64,000 nucleotides of DNA from an uncultured Staphylococcaceae bacterium (GTDB lineage Bacteria; Bacillota_I; Bacilli_A; RFN20; CAG-826), in contig CAYPGR010000001.1 in NCBI GenBank assembly GCA_964410505.1, forward strand, positions 2,320 to 66,319, given 5' to 3'. The notes below the pieces were generated by a model. That model did not search any database and had not been told where the DNA came from. It saw nothing but the letters and a program-made list of their open reading frames with translations. A program made the position numbers and the translations under genes. The first letter of the stretch is position 1, and the number at the start of each line of letters is the position of its first letter. Shown here in pieces: positions 61,251 to 64,000 of the stretch.

Positions 61251-61562
61251 CTATAATTTGATGTCGATATCGACACCACTTGGGAGTTCGAATTTCCGTA
61301 AGAATTCAATCGTCCGTTTGGTTGGGTCGGTAATATCGATTAACCGTTTGTGTGTTCTAATTTCGAATTGCTCACGCGCATCTTTGTACTTGTGGACCGC
61401 TCTTAACACCGTGAACACTTCTCGTTGTGTCGGGAGCGGAATGGGACCAATGACCTTGGCACCACTTTCGACTGCTTGTTCTACGATTTTCGCTACTGCT
61501 TGATCAAGTAACGTGTGGTCGTAACTTTGGAGTCGAACCCGGATTTTGTTTTTTCCTGCCAT
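61251..61562 (-). CDS. rpsJ: 30S ribosomal protein S10
   Basis: 103 aa; first gene of the S10 operon. Confidence 0.96.
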   Translation of the reverse strand: MAGKNKIRVRLQSYDHTLLDQAVAKIVEQAVESGAKVIGPIPLPTQREVFTVLRAVHKYKDAREQFEIRTHKRLIDITDPTKRTIEFLRKFELPSGVDIDIKL

Positions 61563-61692
61563 GAATTATTTTCCTCCTTGCATCTACAGGTTGTTAATGT
61601 TCACTCGCTACGAATTCCCCGCTTACACTTCATGACAACGCCTGTAGGTGTATCGGCAACCTCGCATTTCAACGCGACGATTAACTTGCTAA

Positions 61693-61721
61693 ATAATACT
61701 AGAAGGGTCCTGCTATGTCAA
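61693..61721 (-). promoter_or_regulatory. S10 operon promoter (TTGACA-N17-TATTAT) with a leader of about 120 nt
   Basis: Hexamers read on the minus strand. The leader contains a distant inverted repeat CTACAGG ... CCTGTAG. Confidence 0.65.
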
Positions 61722-61902
61722 CGATAAATACATAGAATTATGCATTTTTATATATAAAGGCAAAAAAACCCCTTTTTCTCTACTTTAAAAAGTACTCATT
61801 TTTTGACCGAAATTCATGAAAAAAACCACTTTTGCAAGCGGTTTACAAGTCGTGTCTAACACGCTGAAATGAACTAAAATGCGTTAAAAATCAAGGTCTA
61901 AA

Positions 61903-62556
61903 TTAGTCTTCATGCTTGTTTTTACCGAGAAGAATCGTATCCCGGTAAGAGTATTCACACCCACAATATAATTGCTGATAGAGCCCGTATTCTTTCTTTA
62001 ATTCTTGAACCCGAACTTGGCCACCTTTTTTCTTAAAGTCGCTGTAGAAATACTTGATATGTGGATATTTTGGTGCGAGTTCTTTGGCCACTTCATTGAT
62101 GATTTGTGAGTTTTTCTGACGGGAGATAGTGAGCGTTGTTGTGGCGTAATCATAGCCATGTTCACTTCCCCATTTTAAGGCTGATTCAATATGTTTAGCG
62201 TAACAAAGACGGCACCGTTCGCCACCCTCTGGCGCATCACCAAAAGGCCGTAGATCTTGCATGAATTCATTGTGATCATATGGGGTGAAAATAATCTTAA
62301 CATCGCGATTATTTCTTTTATTGAATTCAGCAATGAACCATTCAATTTCATTACGACGAATCAGAAATTCTTTTTCAGGATAGATGTTACTATTACCGTA
62401 AATTATCGTCACATCAAAAAACTGCGTCACGAACTCTAAGGTATGGCTAGAGCAAGGCGCACAGCAGGCGTGAAGGGCTAATTTTGGTTTAATATCGCGT
62501 GCTTTAAAAGACTCAATTTCGGCCACTGAAACGTTGTAGTAATTAATTTTATCCAT
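61903..62556 (-). CDS. queH: epoxyqueuosine reductase QueH (DUF208)
   Basis: LHACCAPCS and CGCEYS cysteine motifs characteristic of QueH; 217 aa; overlaps the queA stop by 8 nt. Confidence 0.75.
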   Translation of the reverse strand: MDKINYYNVSVAEIESFKARDIKPKLALHACCAPCSSHTLEFVTQFFDVTIIYGNSNIYPEKEFLIRRNEIEWFIAEFNKRNNRDVKIIFTPYDHNEFMQDLRPFGDAPEGGERCRLCYAKHIESALKWGSEHGYDYATTTLTISRQKNSQIINEVAKELAPKYPHIKYFYSDFKKKGGQVRVQELKKEYGLYQQLYCGCEYSYRDTILLGKNKHED

Positions 62557-63576
62557 AAATATACATTACATCACCAAACGAGAAAAAGCGATAATGATCT
62601 TTGACCGCATGCGTATATGCTCGCAAAATATAATCACGATTAGCAAAGGCACTTACAAGCATGATGAGGGTTGATTTCGGTAAATGAAAGTTCGTGATGA
62701 GCCCACTGATTACATTAAATTGATACCCCGGAGTAATAAATAAGTTGGTGGCTTCCTCGGTAGCCACAATCTGTTGATATTTGAGATAATTAGCTTCCAA
62801 GGTGCGAGTGGCCGTGGTACCAACGCTGATAATGCGTCTTTTTTCATTTAAAGCACGGTTAAGCGTATTTGCAACCTCTTCGGTAATTTTATAGGTTTCA
62901 TAATGCATCTTGTGGTCATTGGTGTCACTAACACTCACTGGTTTAAAAGTCCCCAGTCCAATATGGAGGGTGACTTCAACGACCTCAACACCTTTATTTT
63001 TAAGGTCATTTAATATTTCGGGAGTAAAGTGGAACCCGGCTGTCGGGGCAGCAGCACTGCCCGGTATTTTTGCAAAGACAGTTTGATAACGCGCATATTT
63101 TTGCGCCTCATCTTTTATGTAAGGGGGAAGCGGCATCGTGCCGATTTTTTCTAAGAGTTCTAGAAAGATACCCTCATAAATAAACTTCACAATGTGGATG
63201 CCTTCTTCTTTTTTTTCAGTGCAAACCATTTTTAAAATTCCGTCGCCAAAACTTACCACTGTGCCAACACGAACAGCTTTCGCGTTCCCTACTAAGACTT
63301 CATAATGATCTTGAGGAAGGGACTTAAGTAAGATAACCTCTATGTGAGCGCCTGTTGGCACCTTGATGCCGCGAAGCCGTGCTGGAATGACTTTCGTGTT
63401 ATTGATGACAAGCACATCTCCCTTAGAAAAGTATTTTGTAATATCATAAAAATGTTCATCCGACATTGTTTCATCTTTTTTATTTAGCACTAAAAGACGC
63501 GCATTCTGCCGATGTTCACTCGGTTTTTGCGCAATTAATGACTCGGGTAAATAGTAATCAAATAAATTAACGTCCA

Positions 63577-63577
<1 letters not shown>
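62549..63577 (-). CDS. queA: S-adenosylmethionine:tRNA ribosyltransferase-isomerase
   Basis: MDVNLFDYYLPESLIAQKP N-terminus; 342 aa. Confidence 0.92.

Positions 63578-64000
<423 letters not shown>

Noticed and set aside
61515-61727. 70-aa plus-strand ORF in the S10 leader region
   Set aside because: It overlaps the rpsJ start and the S10 promoter/leader on the opposite strand, has no ribosome-binding site, and is better explained as untranslated leader.

Overview
This 64 kb window is a low-GC, standard-genetic-code, Mollicutes/Erysipelotrichia-like (Firmicutes-derived) chromosome segment. Almost every gene is on the minus strand; the one exception is a plus-strand tRNA.

Reading in transcription order (high to low coordinates):
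- the tgt-queA-queH queuosine genes
- a complete S10-spc-alpha ribosomal protein cluster running rpsJ to rplQ, which lacks rpmD
- a HAD phosphatase and a polytopic membrane protein
- cysS-rlmB-sigH, then rpmG-secE-nusG, rplKAJL, a ybxB-like methyltransferase, and rpoB-rpoC
- a four-gene accessory insert made of three tandem paralogous lipoproteins with an HExxHxxGLxDYY (M6/InhA-like) zinc-metallopeptidase motif plus a small 2-TM protein
- rpsL-rpsG-fusA-tuf
- two tandem paralogous RDD-family membrane proteins
- a CUT1-type sugar ABC transporter operon with a trailing unknown lipoprotein
- tRNA-Lys, a monomeric pyruvate:ferredoxin oxidoreductase, and a plus-strand tRNA-Pro
- uvrA, lgt, a HAD phosphatase, trxB, whiA, a small XRE-family regulator, gap, and the start of pgk

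I also located consensus sigma-70 promoters for the S10, rpsL, rpmG, rplK and tRNA-Lys units, about ten rho-independent terminators, and candidate operator palindromes.

I found no CRISPR array, no transposase or phage gene, and no recognisable defence system. The most unusual content is the lipoprotein-metallopeptidase operon sitting inside the otherwise universally conserved rpoC-rpsL junction. Other notable features are the RDD paralog pair, the operon-embedded unknown lipoprotein, and long low-complexity N-terminal extensions on several ribosomal proteins (L5, S5, L22, L23, L17).

The ORF track uses alternative start codons (TTG/GTG), so several true starts were re-assigned to internal ATG codons with ribosome-binding sites. 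All family assignments rest on motif recognition by eye and were not searched against any database.
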